From Octopus sinensis (Eukaryota): DNA of 64,000 nucleotides. Below are positions 50,702 through 62,224 of this stretch, in pieces. The notes below the pieces were generated by a model that saw nothing but the letters and a program-made list of their open reading frames with translations, did no database searches and was not told the DNA's origin. Position 1 is the first letter of the stretch, and each line of letters opens with the position of its first letter. Position numbers and translations under genes: made by a program. The stretch covers positions 9,176,001 to 9,240,000 of the forward strand of contig NC_043009.1 in assembly GCF_006345805.1 (NCBI RefSeq), written 5' to 3'.

Positions 50702-51381
50702 CAGGGTGTCCCAAAAGTCACTGAAGGGTTTCAATTTTTAATGACTTCCTTGACTTTGTAAATAAAAGCATGAAATTTTGATACAATATAAAGGACATAA
50801 TGGAAATTGATAAGCACAAGTCAAGTTATGCAACACCACTACAACACATATGAAAAATGATATTGCTTAAATGGCAGCCATTTTCGGCTTCACATGCCCA
50901 TGCTCTTTCCAAAACTTGCACCATAAAACCCTCAGGATTTTCAGACCCCACTTCTCCGATTTCTCTATTGATGTTCTCCTTCTGTTGCACCATGTAAACT
51001 CTCTCTTTCAGGTACTTGCACAAAAAAAAAAAATCCAGGCTAGTCAAGTCTGGGGAACATGAAGGCCACTACATTGCTGTAGTGAGAGATTATTCTCTCT
51101 CCAAAGCATTGCCATAGCAATTGCATTGTTTCTCTTGCGGTATGATCAGTTGCCCCATATTGCTGGAACCATGTGTGAGGTCTACTTTGAATGACCTTCA
51201 TGTTCCCCAGACTCGATGAGCCCAGATATTTTTCTTGCGGAGATACCTGAAAGAGAGGGTTTACGTCAACAAACCAGAGACCCTGGGGCAACTGAAGGAG
51301 AACATCAATAGAGAAAACAGAGAAGTGGGGTCTGAAAGTTATTAAAAATTGGAACTCATCAGTGACTTTTGGGACACCCTG
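50702..51381. mobile_element. Non-autonomous Tc1/mariner element, perfect 23-bp TIRs, TA TSD
   Basis: TA|CAGGGTGTCCCAAAAGTCACTGA ... TCAGTGACTTTTGGGACACCCTG|TA. Internal transposase remnants WFQQYGATDH and DFFFLCKYLKERVY. Confidence 0.85.
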
Positions 51382-51569
51382 TATCTGTGTGTGTGTGTGT
51401 GTGTGTGGTGTGTGTGTGTGTGTATCTGTATATTTATACACATGTATGTATACACACACACACACACACACACACAGATATATGCATGTTTGTATATATA
51501 CCTATGACCAATGAAGAAAATATATTATCTTCCATATCAATTATTAATATTTAATAACACTTAATATCA

Positions 51570-52010
51570 AAAGTGTCAAATCCACAGAGTTGCACATTAC
51601 TTCATTTGCAAAGTAAAGTGGTAAGAAATGTTTTAATTTTTCCCTTACTGCCACAAGCCTAATATAAATTATAATTTTATATTTCATCTCATTTCCTAAA
51701 GTTTGTTGATGTCTTCATCTCAATAAAGTTTATTAATACTTAATGTCAACATTATCAAGACCACGTGGCTTATCACTTACATCATAAGTTTATTTACAAA
51801 GTAAAGTGAAAAGAATTATTTCAATGTTTTCTTACAGACACAGACTTAATGTTTATAATAATTTTAGATCTCATCTCATTTATTAACGTTTTTCATCTCA
51901 TTTATTATAGTCTATTATTAGTTTAACATCAACATTAGCAAAACCGCATCATTTACACTGTGCTTCGTAAGTTTATTCATGAAGTAAAGTGATAGGAAAT
52001 AATTAAAACT
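51570..52010. repeat. Degenerate tandem repeat, ~185-bp period, ~2.5 copies
   Basis: AAGTAAAGTG at 51611, 51799 and 51982. Confidence 0.6.
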
Positions 52011-52269
52011 TTTCATTATGGACGCAGACCTAAGGGGAGTAAAACTGTTATATTTAATTTCTTTTTATTATTTCCTTTATTATTTCAAACAAATCCCTTT
52101 TTGACTTTTCATCCTAAACTGATCTGTTTGTGTAAAGTGTGGCACAAAAGATACTGCTGTGACTGATATGGTCACAAATAAAACTGTACCAAGGCCATAC
52201 ATACCCTCACACAAGGTCACTACGAATAACAGAGCCAGGATAACCAGGATAGCCACCATTGCCACCAAA

Positions 52270-52611
52270 TTAGCGCCGCCTCGACTGGCTTCCGTGCCGG
52301 TGGCACGTAAAAAGTACTATCCGAATCGTGGCCGATGCCAGTGCCGCCTCGACTGGCTTCCGTGCCGGTGGCATGTAAAATGCACCAATCCGACCGTGGC
52401 CGTTGCCAACCTCGCCTGGCACCTGTGCAGGTGGCACGTAAAAAGCACCCACTACACTCACGGAGTGGTTGGCATTAGGAAGGGCATCCAGCTGTAGAAA
52501 CATTGCCAGATAAGACTGGAGCCTGGTGCAGCCTTCTGGCTTCCCAGATCCCCGGTCGAACCGTCCAACCCATGCTAGCATGGAAAACGGACGTTAAACG
52601 ATGATGATGAT
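52270..52611 (+). mobile_element. RTE LINE 3'-end copy
   Basis: 3'UTR VNTR plus GAT tail. Confidence 0.85.
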
Positions 52612-52679
52612 CATCATGATCACGATAAATATCAAAGGCTTGTTACAATTCAACAAGAGGAACAGAATTCTATAACTGA

Positions 52680-53220
52680 GAGAGGATAAGTAATAGACAT
52701 AGTACTTACTGAGATCCATCTATCTGAAAACACAGCTGATTCAGAGATAATCATAAACAGTGTATGTTGTGTTTTATACAGACAATAAAGACAGAAGTCT
52801 AGGTGGAGTTGGCATGTATATCTGGAAAGATGTGTCCTTAACCTTGTAGCACATACTCAGCAACATGGTGACATAATATGTACATCATCTTGTACAGCAT
52901 CATATTGGTAAATTTGAGGAAAGCCTTAGATTAATTAAAGAATTACTGATGAAACTAAATCAATGCACCAGTGTACTTCTGTTGGGTGGTTTCATCTTAC
53001 CCAATATAAAGTGTCCTGAAGGCAATATAATCTTAGAAATTCAACATCGTGAAAAAAACCGAGTGGCTGTGCGGTAAGTAGCTTGCTTACCAACCACATG
53101 GTTCTGGGTTCATTCCCACTGCATGGCACCTTGAGCAAGTGTCTTCTACTATAGCCTCGGGCCGACCAAAGCCGTGTGAGTGGATTTGGTAGACGGAAAC
53201 TGAAAGAAGCCTGTCATACA

Positions 53221-53253
<33 letters not shown>

Positions 53254-53255
53254 GC

Positions 53256-53287
<32 letters not shown>

Positions 53288-53760
53288 TTTTGTGTCTGTG
53301 TTTGTCCCCTCCAACATTGCTTGACAACCAATGGTGGTGTGTTTACGTCCCCGTAACTTAGCGGCTCAGCAAAAGAGACCAATAGAATAAATACTAGGCT
53401 TCCAAAGAATAAGTCCTGTGGTCGATTTGCTCAATTAAAAGCTGTGCTCCAGCATGGCCACAATCAAATGACTGAAACAAGTAAAAGAGTAACTCTCTAT
53501 TTGCTGTCACTAAAATGATGTCCATGAAATAAACTATACCATACCTGATGAGAAGCAACAACTTGGACTCCTCCTTAACTAATAACATTCTACTCATCCA
53601 TAATATGAGTCAGGATGCCAAAGAGTTTCTCAGACAATAATGCATGGTCCGAAGCCAATCAAAGATGTATACCACAATAAAAGCACCTGAACCCTATCTG
53701 GCCACAACATCTACACAGTTAACTGGAAATCGGTTCAAAAATATATTCCAAAGCAAAATT
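52680..53760 (+). mobile_element. Decayed CR1-type endonuclease region interrupted by a SINE
   Basis: IVLTEIHLSEN..DRSLGGVGMYIW..; continues after the SINE with an LDLLLTNN-like sequence. Confidence 0.45.
53059..53490 (+). mobile_element. SINE family 1
   Basis: Near full-length copy. Confidence 0.85.
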
Positions 53761-53854
53761 GGCCTGCAAATCTCTCTATACAAGAAAAGGACATGAAGAA
53801 TTTATGTCATCCTTGCAAGCCATTTGCATTAAATTTTTCTCAGAAAGAATTAAA

Positions 53855-54600
53855 GTTACCTTTTTGAGTCACGCCAACTCCATGGTGTATAAATTTCTCA
53901 CCTGGACGGGATGCCGGTCCATTGCAGGATTACTCATTTATGTCAGCTGAGTGGACAAGAGCAATGTGAAATGAGGTGTTTTGCTCAAGAATACGAGCTG
54001 CCCAGTCTAGGAATCAAAACCACAATCTTACAATCACGAGTCCAACACCCTAACCACTAAGCCACAACCTGAGAAACTTTACCTTAAAAAGGTAAAGTTA
54101 CCTTCTCAAGTCACCCCACTTCATAAGTGTTGCTTTTCCAGTTTCTTGGAGTATATATTCCTCACCTGGACAGGATGCCAGTCTGTCAGAGGATTACTCA
54201 ATTTTTTCCAGCTGAGTGAACTGGAGCAACATGAAATGAAGTGTTTTGCTCAAGAACACTACACATTACCTGGTCTAGGAATCGAAACTACAATCTTACA
54301 ATCATGAGTCCAACACTTCTTCTTCTTACAGCATTCACCCGGGGTGGGTTGAGCTGGCTTCATTCATCCTCAATGCTGCATCTCTCACAAACGCTGACCA
54401 GGCCTGGTGATTTGAGGCTAACGACCGCGTGATCTCCAACGACTCCTTATTCCAGTGGCGAACGCCGTAGATATGGGGGCCTAGGTTGGGTTCCAGATCA
54501 GCCTTGACTGTCATCAGCCAGGTTTTTCATTGTCCAGACTGTCATCAGCCAGGTTTTTCGAGTCCAACACCCCTAACCATTAAGCTACATGCCTCCACCT
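53855..54600 (-). mobile_element. Two tandem SINE family 4 copies, the second interrupted
   Basis: Repeated GGAATCGAAAC..ACAATCTTACAATCATGAGTCCAACAC motif. Confidence 0.65.
54317..54559 (-). mobile_element. RTE/RTEX-like LINE 3' fragment with 11-bp TSD
   Basis: GAGTCCAACAC duplicated at 54306-54316 and 54560-54570; (AAG)n tail; minus-strand VKADLEPNLGPHIYGVRHWNKE..LASNHQAWSAFVRDA. Confidence 0.7.
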
Positions 54601-54999
54601 CAGAAAGAAGGGCCAACACACAAAGACATTATTCACAGGGACAAGAGAATACTTATGAAACGAAGGATAAAAATCTCAAATTTCTTTAATAAACAACAAT
54701 GAGGAGTTGCATTTAGAAAAGGACTTTTAGAGATGGAAATTAATATTCATGAGTCAAATTGTGCTGTTATTAAAAAAAAAAGCATCTGTCCAATCTATTA
54801 AGTCGTTTTCATTTGTTAGGACATTCAACTGTAAAAACTATGCCAAAACAAAACTTGCTGGTGCCATGGATGATTGTATATAAACAATATTGTTATATTG
54901 TATAAAAATAAAATTTAAGATTACTAAAAATTATATAATAACCAGAATAGATAAAATGTGTGTATATACCAATTAGAAAGGGAAGATTACATAGAATTA

Positions 55000-56676
55000 G
55001 TTTTATATTCATTTCTGTACTTAATTATTTACTCATTAGGTGGTTTCTATAGAGACTGCTCTGGGTATTTACTTATGGAATACTGCGTTGATAAATCATG
55101 CTATCTTTATATTAATTATAAGCTAAGAACTGGAAAAAAATCAGAAAAAATAAGTTGTGCACAGATACATACATATATTTAAATATGTGCACACATGCAA
55201 ATATACACAAATATTTGTACTTTATTATAGGTATGTTATAATCAACTCTCATAGACTTAAGTAACTAGAAAGTTTATATTTCTCTTTAAGAACATTAATA
55301 ACTTATAAGAGGTTAATAGGTAAAGTTATCAAAACAAGAAAACAAAATAATAAGAAATTATAGAGAATAGTAAGAAAATATATAACTTATTATATATAAC
55401 ACTAGGGGATAAGTTTGCATCAGATATGACACTAAAAATGAATTTACCTTATCCAGGTTGAAGTGTAGCACCTTTAAATGCTAATTTTGAAAATATTTAA
55501 ATGTATGAGTAACCCTATGTATGCATGGTACCCTTAGATCTAATCTATTATTAATCAGATTGCTCTTGTCCCTATACTTAAAAATTTCATATGTTTCCAT
55601 AGGGCACAGATCGAACCCATATCGACTATCTCTATAAGGCTGCACTTTCCTTATAATATCCCATTTAAGACTAAATTCGTTTCTGCTTTCCTTCAGTTCC
55701 CAAATCTTGCTAGATAAGGATGTACAATTGGCCTTATGTTTGAGCCTAAAAGATGAAAAACGGTTATTAATACGTTTTTTTCATATTTATTGAACATCCT
55801 GTATATACAAAGATACCAGCTACAGTTGTGATTGTACACTTATAGATTACATTTTGGATTAGACATTGGCCTAATAATAGACAGGGGAATTTAACTCTAC
55901 AATTGCAATTTGGAGAATTACTACTATTAATATTATTGATATTCATATCATTATTATTATTAATATTAATCCTACTTCTACTATTGTACATTTGCGTCAG
56001 AAATTAATTAGCACTTCTCAAATTTCTACATTAAATAGGTTAAATCAATTAACCTATGAGCTGTTCAAAACGTCTTACGCGATGAGAAAACTTAGTATGG
56101 TGTGATTTCGGTCCTTGCGAGGCACTACCTATATCTATTAAACAAAGGAAGATTTGTCTGCATCCGCACTCCAAGTTGTTGTTGCACTGCTATGTCAACA
56201 TCATAAGGCTGTAGACTCTCAAACTGCTCTGCAAACAAAGTTACGTCATCGTTCTGCACAACAGTGAACTCGCAACAAAGCAATAGTTCGAGATATGGCC
56301 ACTAGGTGACAGCACATACCTTGAGTGAAGAGCAAATCAAGGGTGCTAATTAATTTCTGACGGTAGTGTATGTATTATTTTCATATCTAGTGTTATCTCT
56401 CCATCCTTCAATTGTAGTATCATTTATATTCATCCCAGCATCATCAGGCGCATCAGTAATCCCTGTGCTAGTATAGACCTCAGAGCTACAATCTATATTG
56501 TATATATTAGAAGCATTAGTACTGCTGTTTCTATTTTCTACATCACCATAAATATTATTATTCACATTGTAGGGGTTTAAGTTAGTGTTGACATTATTAT
56601 TATTATTAGTAGTAGTAGTAGTATTAGTATTATTACCACCTCTTGCTAATTTAATATTCTTCTTATTTAACCTCAC
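55000..56676 (-). mobile_element. Second Penelope-like remnant (Asn-rich linker + GIY-YIG)
   Basis: NCNCRVKFPCLLLGQCLIQNVIYKCTITTVAGIFVYTGC; ..SLSSKIWELKES..LKWDIIRK..LCPMETYEIF..LINNRLDL..CIHR. The 3' boundary is approximate. Confidence 0.75.
55995..56362. mobile_element. MITE with perfect 20-bp TIRs inserted into the Penelope-like ORF
   Basis: CGTCAGAAATTAATTAGCAC 55995-56014 and GTGCTAATTAATTTCTGACG 56343-56362. Confidence 0.7.
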
Positions 56677-56684
56677 CTACTAAG

Positions 56685-56718
56685 CACTGATGCAGAATGG
56701 GTCGAAATGATCGTAGTG
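56685..56718 (+). ncRNA. Degenerate hammerhead-like motif (inverted pLTR fragment)
   Basis: CTGATGC..GAAA-TGATCGT-A; resembles 48224-48301 but with core mutations. Confidence 0.35.
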
Positions 56719-56777
56719 AATAATAAAGAATCTCATGAATTCTGTTTTGTTTCTCTTTCTCTCATATTTTATATATC

Positions 56778-57157
56778 TACTCTTACTCTTTTACTTGTTT
56801 CAGTCATTTAACTGCGGCCGTGCTGGAGCACCGCCTTTAGTCGAGCAAATTGACCCTAGTACTTTTGGTGAGGCGCTAAGTTACAGGGACATAAACACAC
56901 CAGCATCGGTTGTCAAGCGATGTTGGGGGTGACAAACACAGACACAAACACACACTCACACACACACACACATATATATATATATACATATATACGATGG
57001 GCTTCTTTCAGTTTGCGTCTACCAAATCCACTCACAAGGCTTTGGTTGGCCCGAGGCTATAGTAGAAGACACTTGCCCAAGGTGCTATGCAGTGGGACTG
57101 AACCCAGAACCATGTGGTTGGTAAGCAAGCTACTTACCACACAGCCACTCCTGCACC
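56778..57157 (-). mobile_element. SINE family 1
   Basis: Full-length copy. Confidence 0.85.
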
Positions 57158-58519
57158 TATACATATATAATATTATAAATATATTTACATGTGTCTGGTT
57201 CAGAAACAGACATTGAGTGTCATCATGCAGATGGACTCTGTAATTAAACTACCAAGTCTTTCTCTAATGAGCCAAACCAAAGCACAACTTGACTAGTTTC
57301 ACTCAGTTCTTAACTCACAAAGATTATTTATATTGTCTGTTCTACAAAGGGATTCAGTTGGTTATTATTACTACTTATAAAAACATAAATGCCAGGAGTA
57401 ACTCACATTATTTTTATTTGTATACATATCAGTATATCAGTACATTTCTTGACAATCTGTACTAATTAACTAAAGTACTATCACAGCATGTGTATGAATA
57501 AGTTGTAAATAAATTTCTTCCCCCATGGGTCCAAACAAAGGAGGCGTTAGGCTCCACTGGTCTCATGTTTATATGTTCAAGTGTATCTCGGCTGTTGTCA
57601 TGGCGTACCAAATGAACCAGAACAGCAGTCATGGTCTCTTAGATTTTGAAGATAAATGAAGTTTTGATTTTAGTTATAAATCAATTTATTTTATTTTGTA
57701 GTATTTCATTTTAGCTGTTTAGTCAGTAGCTGTTCTAAATATCACTCGATCTTCTTTAAACTCCATTCCTGCTTCCTTGAAACTTCTCTATCGACATTCT
57801 TCATTAAAGAGAAAAAGGAATTATAAATAAATGCTTTTAACAGAAAGTGATAATTGCATCGGAATTACAATTCTCACACATATTATTATTTCAGATATAA
57901 AAGTTAGTCACCATTTCTGTGTTTCAGAATCCAGCACAACTATTGCAGCTTCTCCTGTTCTATTAAAACACCTCCTCCCAATACTCTTAAATCTAATTAG
58001 AACTAAACCTAATTCAGATCAAATTTCAATACCTTATAATCTCTGTCTATGTATGAGTTATTTGTTCCTTAAAATTTTTAGAAGAACTACATTGATGTGA
58101 AAATAAGAGAAAGAAAGGAGAAAAAACTCTTGGGGAATACTATGTTTAGTTTTATTTATTCACAGTTACTGGAGTTCTTGTTTTTAGACTATTGTTAATA
58201 GAATAAATCCAATTTAGTTTTGTAATAAGGAAACTGTTTTATATGGCTTGTTTTTTTCTGTTTTAAATTTAGTTTTTTTAATCATTATTTCAGCTAAAAG
58301 CTGTGACCTACTTTTCTGACTGATATAAAAGCAGATGGTGATGATGGTGGAGGAGCTGCAACAGGGGAGAGGAAAGGAAAAGATTTGAGTGACAGTTAAC
58401 AGTAGTGTTAAAGTACATCGAATGGCACTAATAACATCTGGTGCACACAAAAGTGCATTTGAACTCATTGTCTTCTATTATAATTCCATTCGCATCTACG
58501 ATGCATTATAGGAATATAA

Positions 58520-58685
58520 ATTGACTCCAATTCTCGAATGGTACTTTATTTTTGATCAATCTTGAAAGGGATGAAAGGCAAAGCTGACTTTGGCAGGATT
58601 TGATCTCAGAAAGTAAAGGGCTGGAACTTAAACACTGCTAGGCGTTTTGTCTGATGCTCTGATTCTGCCAAATCTTTCTGGCGAT
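58520..58685 (-). mobile_element. SINE family 2, degenerate
   Basis: GGTACTTTATTT..GATGAAAGGCAAAG..GGATTTGATCTCAGAA. Confidence 0.6.
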
Positions 58686-59965
58686 TGTAATAATACAAGA
58701 TATCAGTTCAGTGATTTGGGATCAAGCTAAAATGAAAGAAGAATAAAATTTTTTTAAATACAAAAAAAAAACAAAAAAAAAACAAACAGAAAAATCCAAT
58801 GAAATGAATAAAACCAAATAATTGATGATAAAAGACAAAAAAAACAAAACAAAATAAAATACATTACAATAATAATGATTTCTTAATCAAAGAACAAATG
58901 AGGGAATATTACAAGGGCAACAAAAACAATACTAATAATAACAATAACGACAACGATGATGATAATGGTGATGATGGTGGTGGTGATGATGATGATGATG
59001 ATAGGGACTAGAATAATAAAAATAATGATATTGATATAATGGTAGCAATAATGATCTCTTTTATTTGCCACAAGGGCACTGGATGAGGCAGTACTACATC
59101 AATTAGAGAGAAAGCAGTGAGGGATAGTAGTAATAACAATATCAAAAACAATGGCAATATCAATAATGGTAATGATGATAATAACAAAGCGATTAAAATG
59201 AAATCGAACTACAAATGCGAACATTTTTGTGCATGTATGTGTGTGGAGGGGGGGGGGACTAAGTAGAAACAGAGAAAAAAAAAGTCAAAAATGCTGAAAA
59301 ATAAATTAAGGAAAGATAACTAAAAAAAAAAATAATCTGGTAATTTTGTACTCGCAGAATTTTTTTTTTCTAAAAACAAAAAAAAAAAAAAAAAACTAAC
59401 AAAAACATGATTGCATTATAGACATTTAATGATTAATAAGTAATGAGAAACCATTTCTGCAATTCTAATCTTTGACTAAGTACTATATAAGACACTTGTT
59501 AAATTTTGCATTAAATAATTACTTTTGTTGTAAATTATTCGAAATGTTAAATTCAACAGTAAAGAATATCCACAAAGGTCAGTAGTAATGGACACAGTAG
59601 AATTTAGGTGAGCTTTACAAATCAGCCAAATTTGTGAACAGGTTTTGATTTGTTATTTGCTGTGGTTTCGTTTCTTTTTATGTTATAAATACAATCCCTG
59701 AGGTTGGAATGAATGTCACACTATATTTATCTTTTTTTATTTTTCTTGTTTCATTCATTTGACTGCTGCTTTGCTGGGGCACCACCAAGAAGGGTTTTAA
59801 TTGAACAAATTGAATCCCCACCATGAGGATGCTTTTTTTTTCTAAAGCCTTGTACTTATTCTATCAGTCCCTTTTGCTAAGTTGCAGGGATGTAAACACC
59901 AATACTGGTTGTCAAGCAATGGTGGAAGACAAACACAGACACAAAGATACACACATACACACACC

Positions 59966-60017
<52 letters not shown>

Positions 60018-60039
60018 CCATCATCATTTAATGTCTGTT

Positions 60040-60390
60040 AAAAATTCAAATGGAAATTGTAGTTAAGACACCCGTGCTGGTGACACGTAAAAAGCACCGT
60101 TTGAACATGGCAGATGCCAGTGCCACCTGACTGGCGTCTGTGTCAGTGACACGTAAAAGCACCAACCGATCGTGGCTGTTTGCCAGCCTGCTCTGGCCCC
60201 TGTGCTGGTGGCACGTAAAAAACACCCACTACACTCACGGAGTGGTTGTGGTTGGCGTTAGGAAGGGCATCCAGCTGTAAAAACACTGCCAAATTAGACT
60301 AGAGCCTGGTGCAGCCTCCATGGCTTCCAGACCCCGGTTGAACCGTCCAACCCATGCTAGCATGGAAAATGGACGTTAAATGAGGATGAT
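60040..60390 (+). mobile_element. RTE LINE 3'-end copy
   Basis: 3'UTR plus short tail. Confidence 0.8.
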
Positions 60391-60970
60391 GTCCATTCTG
60401 GTATGGGTTGAATGGTTTGATCAGGTCTGGCAAGCTGAGGGCTTGCAACAGACTCCAGTCTGATTTGGCATGGTTTCTACAGCCGGATGCCCTTCCTAAT
60501 GCCAACCACTCCAAGAGTGTAATGGGTGCCAATTGTGTGACTCTAGTATCTTCCCCAACAATGATTTCGCTTAGCTTGATTGGTCTTCTCAAGGAAGGCT
60601 TGTTGCCAAATGCTTGGTCATTTGTCATTGTGTCTGTGAGGCCCAACACTCAAAAGGTGCCGTTTGTGTGCCACTGGCACAGGTGCCAGTTACATGACAC
60701 CAGCATCAGCCATGACTATGATTTCACTTGGCTTGATGGGTCTTCTGAAGCATGGCATATTACCAAAAGTCTCATTGCTTCTATAAAGCCCAAAGTTTGA
60801 AGATCATGCTTCACTACTTCATCCCATGTCTTCCTGGGTCTGCCTCTACCATAAGTTCCCTCCACAGTTAGAGATCGGCGCTTCTTTACACATCCATATG
60901 CCTCACATGACCATACCAGTACAGTTGTCTCTCTCTTGCACACAACATCTGATGCCCAACTTTTCTCTCA
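60391..60970 (-). mobile_element. Older RTE 3' fragment, tail-to-tail with the previous copy
   Basis: RERQLYWYGHVRHM..GRGRPRKTWDEVVKHDLQTLG plus 3'UTR. Confidence 0.8.
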
Positions 60971-60983
60971 TATATATATATAT

Positions 60984-61365
60984 ACTCTCTTTTACTTGTT
61001 TCAGTCATTTGACTACAGCCATGCTGGAGCACCGCCTTTAGTTGAGCAAATAGACACCAGGACTTATTCTTTGTAAGCCTAGTACTTATTCTATCAGTCT
61101 CTTTTTGCCGAACCGCTAAGTTACGGGACGTAAACACACCAGAATCGGTTGTCAAGCAACGTTGGGGGGACAAACACAGACACACAAACACACACACACA
61201 CACACACACATATATACACATATATACCATGGGCTTCTTTTCAGTTTCCGTCTACCAAACCCACTCACAAGGCTTTGGTCGGCCTGAGGCTATAGTAGAA
61301 GACACTTGCCCAAAGTGCCACGCAGTGGGACTGAACCCTTGAACCATGTGGTTGGTAAGGAAGCA
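60984..61365 (-). mobile_element. SINE family 1
   Basis: Near-consensus copy. Confidence 0.85.
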
Positions 61366-61431
61366 TGAGAATTTCTCTCTTGGTAACTAATACAGTATAG
61401 TTTTTTTCTAACAGACCATCCATGTTTAAAT

Positions 61432-61860
61432 CATCATAATCATCATCATTGTTTAACGTCCGCTTTCCATGCTAGCATGGGTTGGACGATTTGACTGGGG
61501 AGTGGGAGATAAATATTACTTCTCTAATTATAAATTGTTTTGTAGCTTCAAGGTTTTGATGATGATGACGACGATGACGATTTAATGTCTGTCTTCCATG
61601 CATGCATGAGTAGGTCAGTTGACAGGAGATAGCCAGGTAGAAGACTACCCCAGGCTACTGTGTCTGTTTTGGCAAGGTTTTTATGGTTGGATGCCCTTTC
61701 TAACACTGACCACTCTGCAGAATGGACTCAGTGCCTTTTACATGGCACTATCACAGGTGAGGTTATTTTTGGTATGCTTTTTACAGCTGGATGCCAACCA
61801 CTTTACAGTGTGGATTAGATGCTTTTCATGTGGCACCAGCACTGGCAGGGTCACCAAGTA
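61432..61860 (-). mobile_element. Short RTE-3'-related fragments
   Basis: CATCATCATTGTTTAACGTCCGCTTTCCATGCTAGC at 61441, and a related degenerate family at 61560-61860. Confidence 0.6.
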
Positions 61861-62094
61861 ACTCACAAGACAAGGAATTTTGAGAGGGGCACTTGAAGAG
61901 GGAACTTGTGTCAGAGGATGAAAAGTTAGAGTGACAGAGAGGCAGAAACAGGTGTCAAATGATGAAAGGTTAGAGGGTGACAGAGAAATAGTGAGGCAGA
62001 AACAGGTGTCTTGCTATAGAGGAGGTACATAGTTACCCAGAGAGAGGAGGAGAGGAAGAGAGAGAGGGAGAGAGAAAGAGGACAGAAAGAGGAG

Positions 62095-62224
62095 TGCTGA
62101 TGTGATTGTTTATTTTTAGAGTGTCATTGTAGGGTAGGAGTAAGAGGTCAGATCTGGCCAGTTAGAACATAAAACAGACAAGATATTTTGGCTGGATATG
62201 ACCAGTTTAAATGCTGAAGGGTTA
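62095..62224. mobile_element. piggyBac-like MITE, partial
   Basis: Homologous to 8017-8257; ends GCTGAAGGG|TTAA. Confidence 0.6.
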
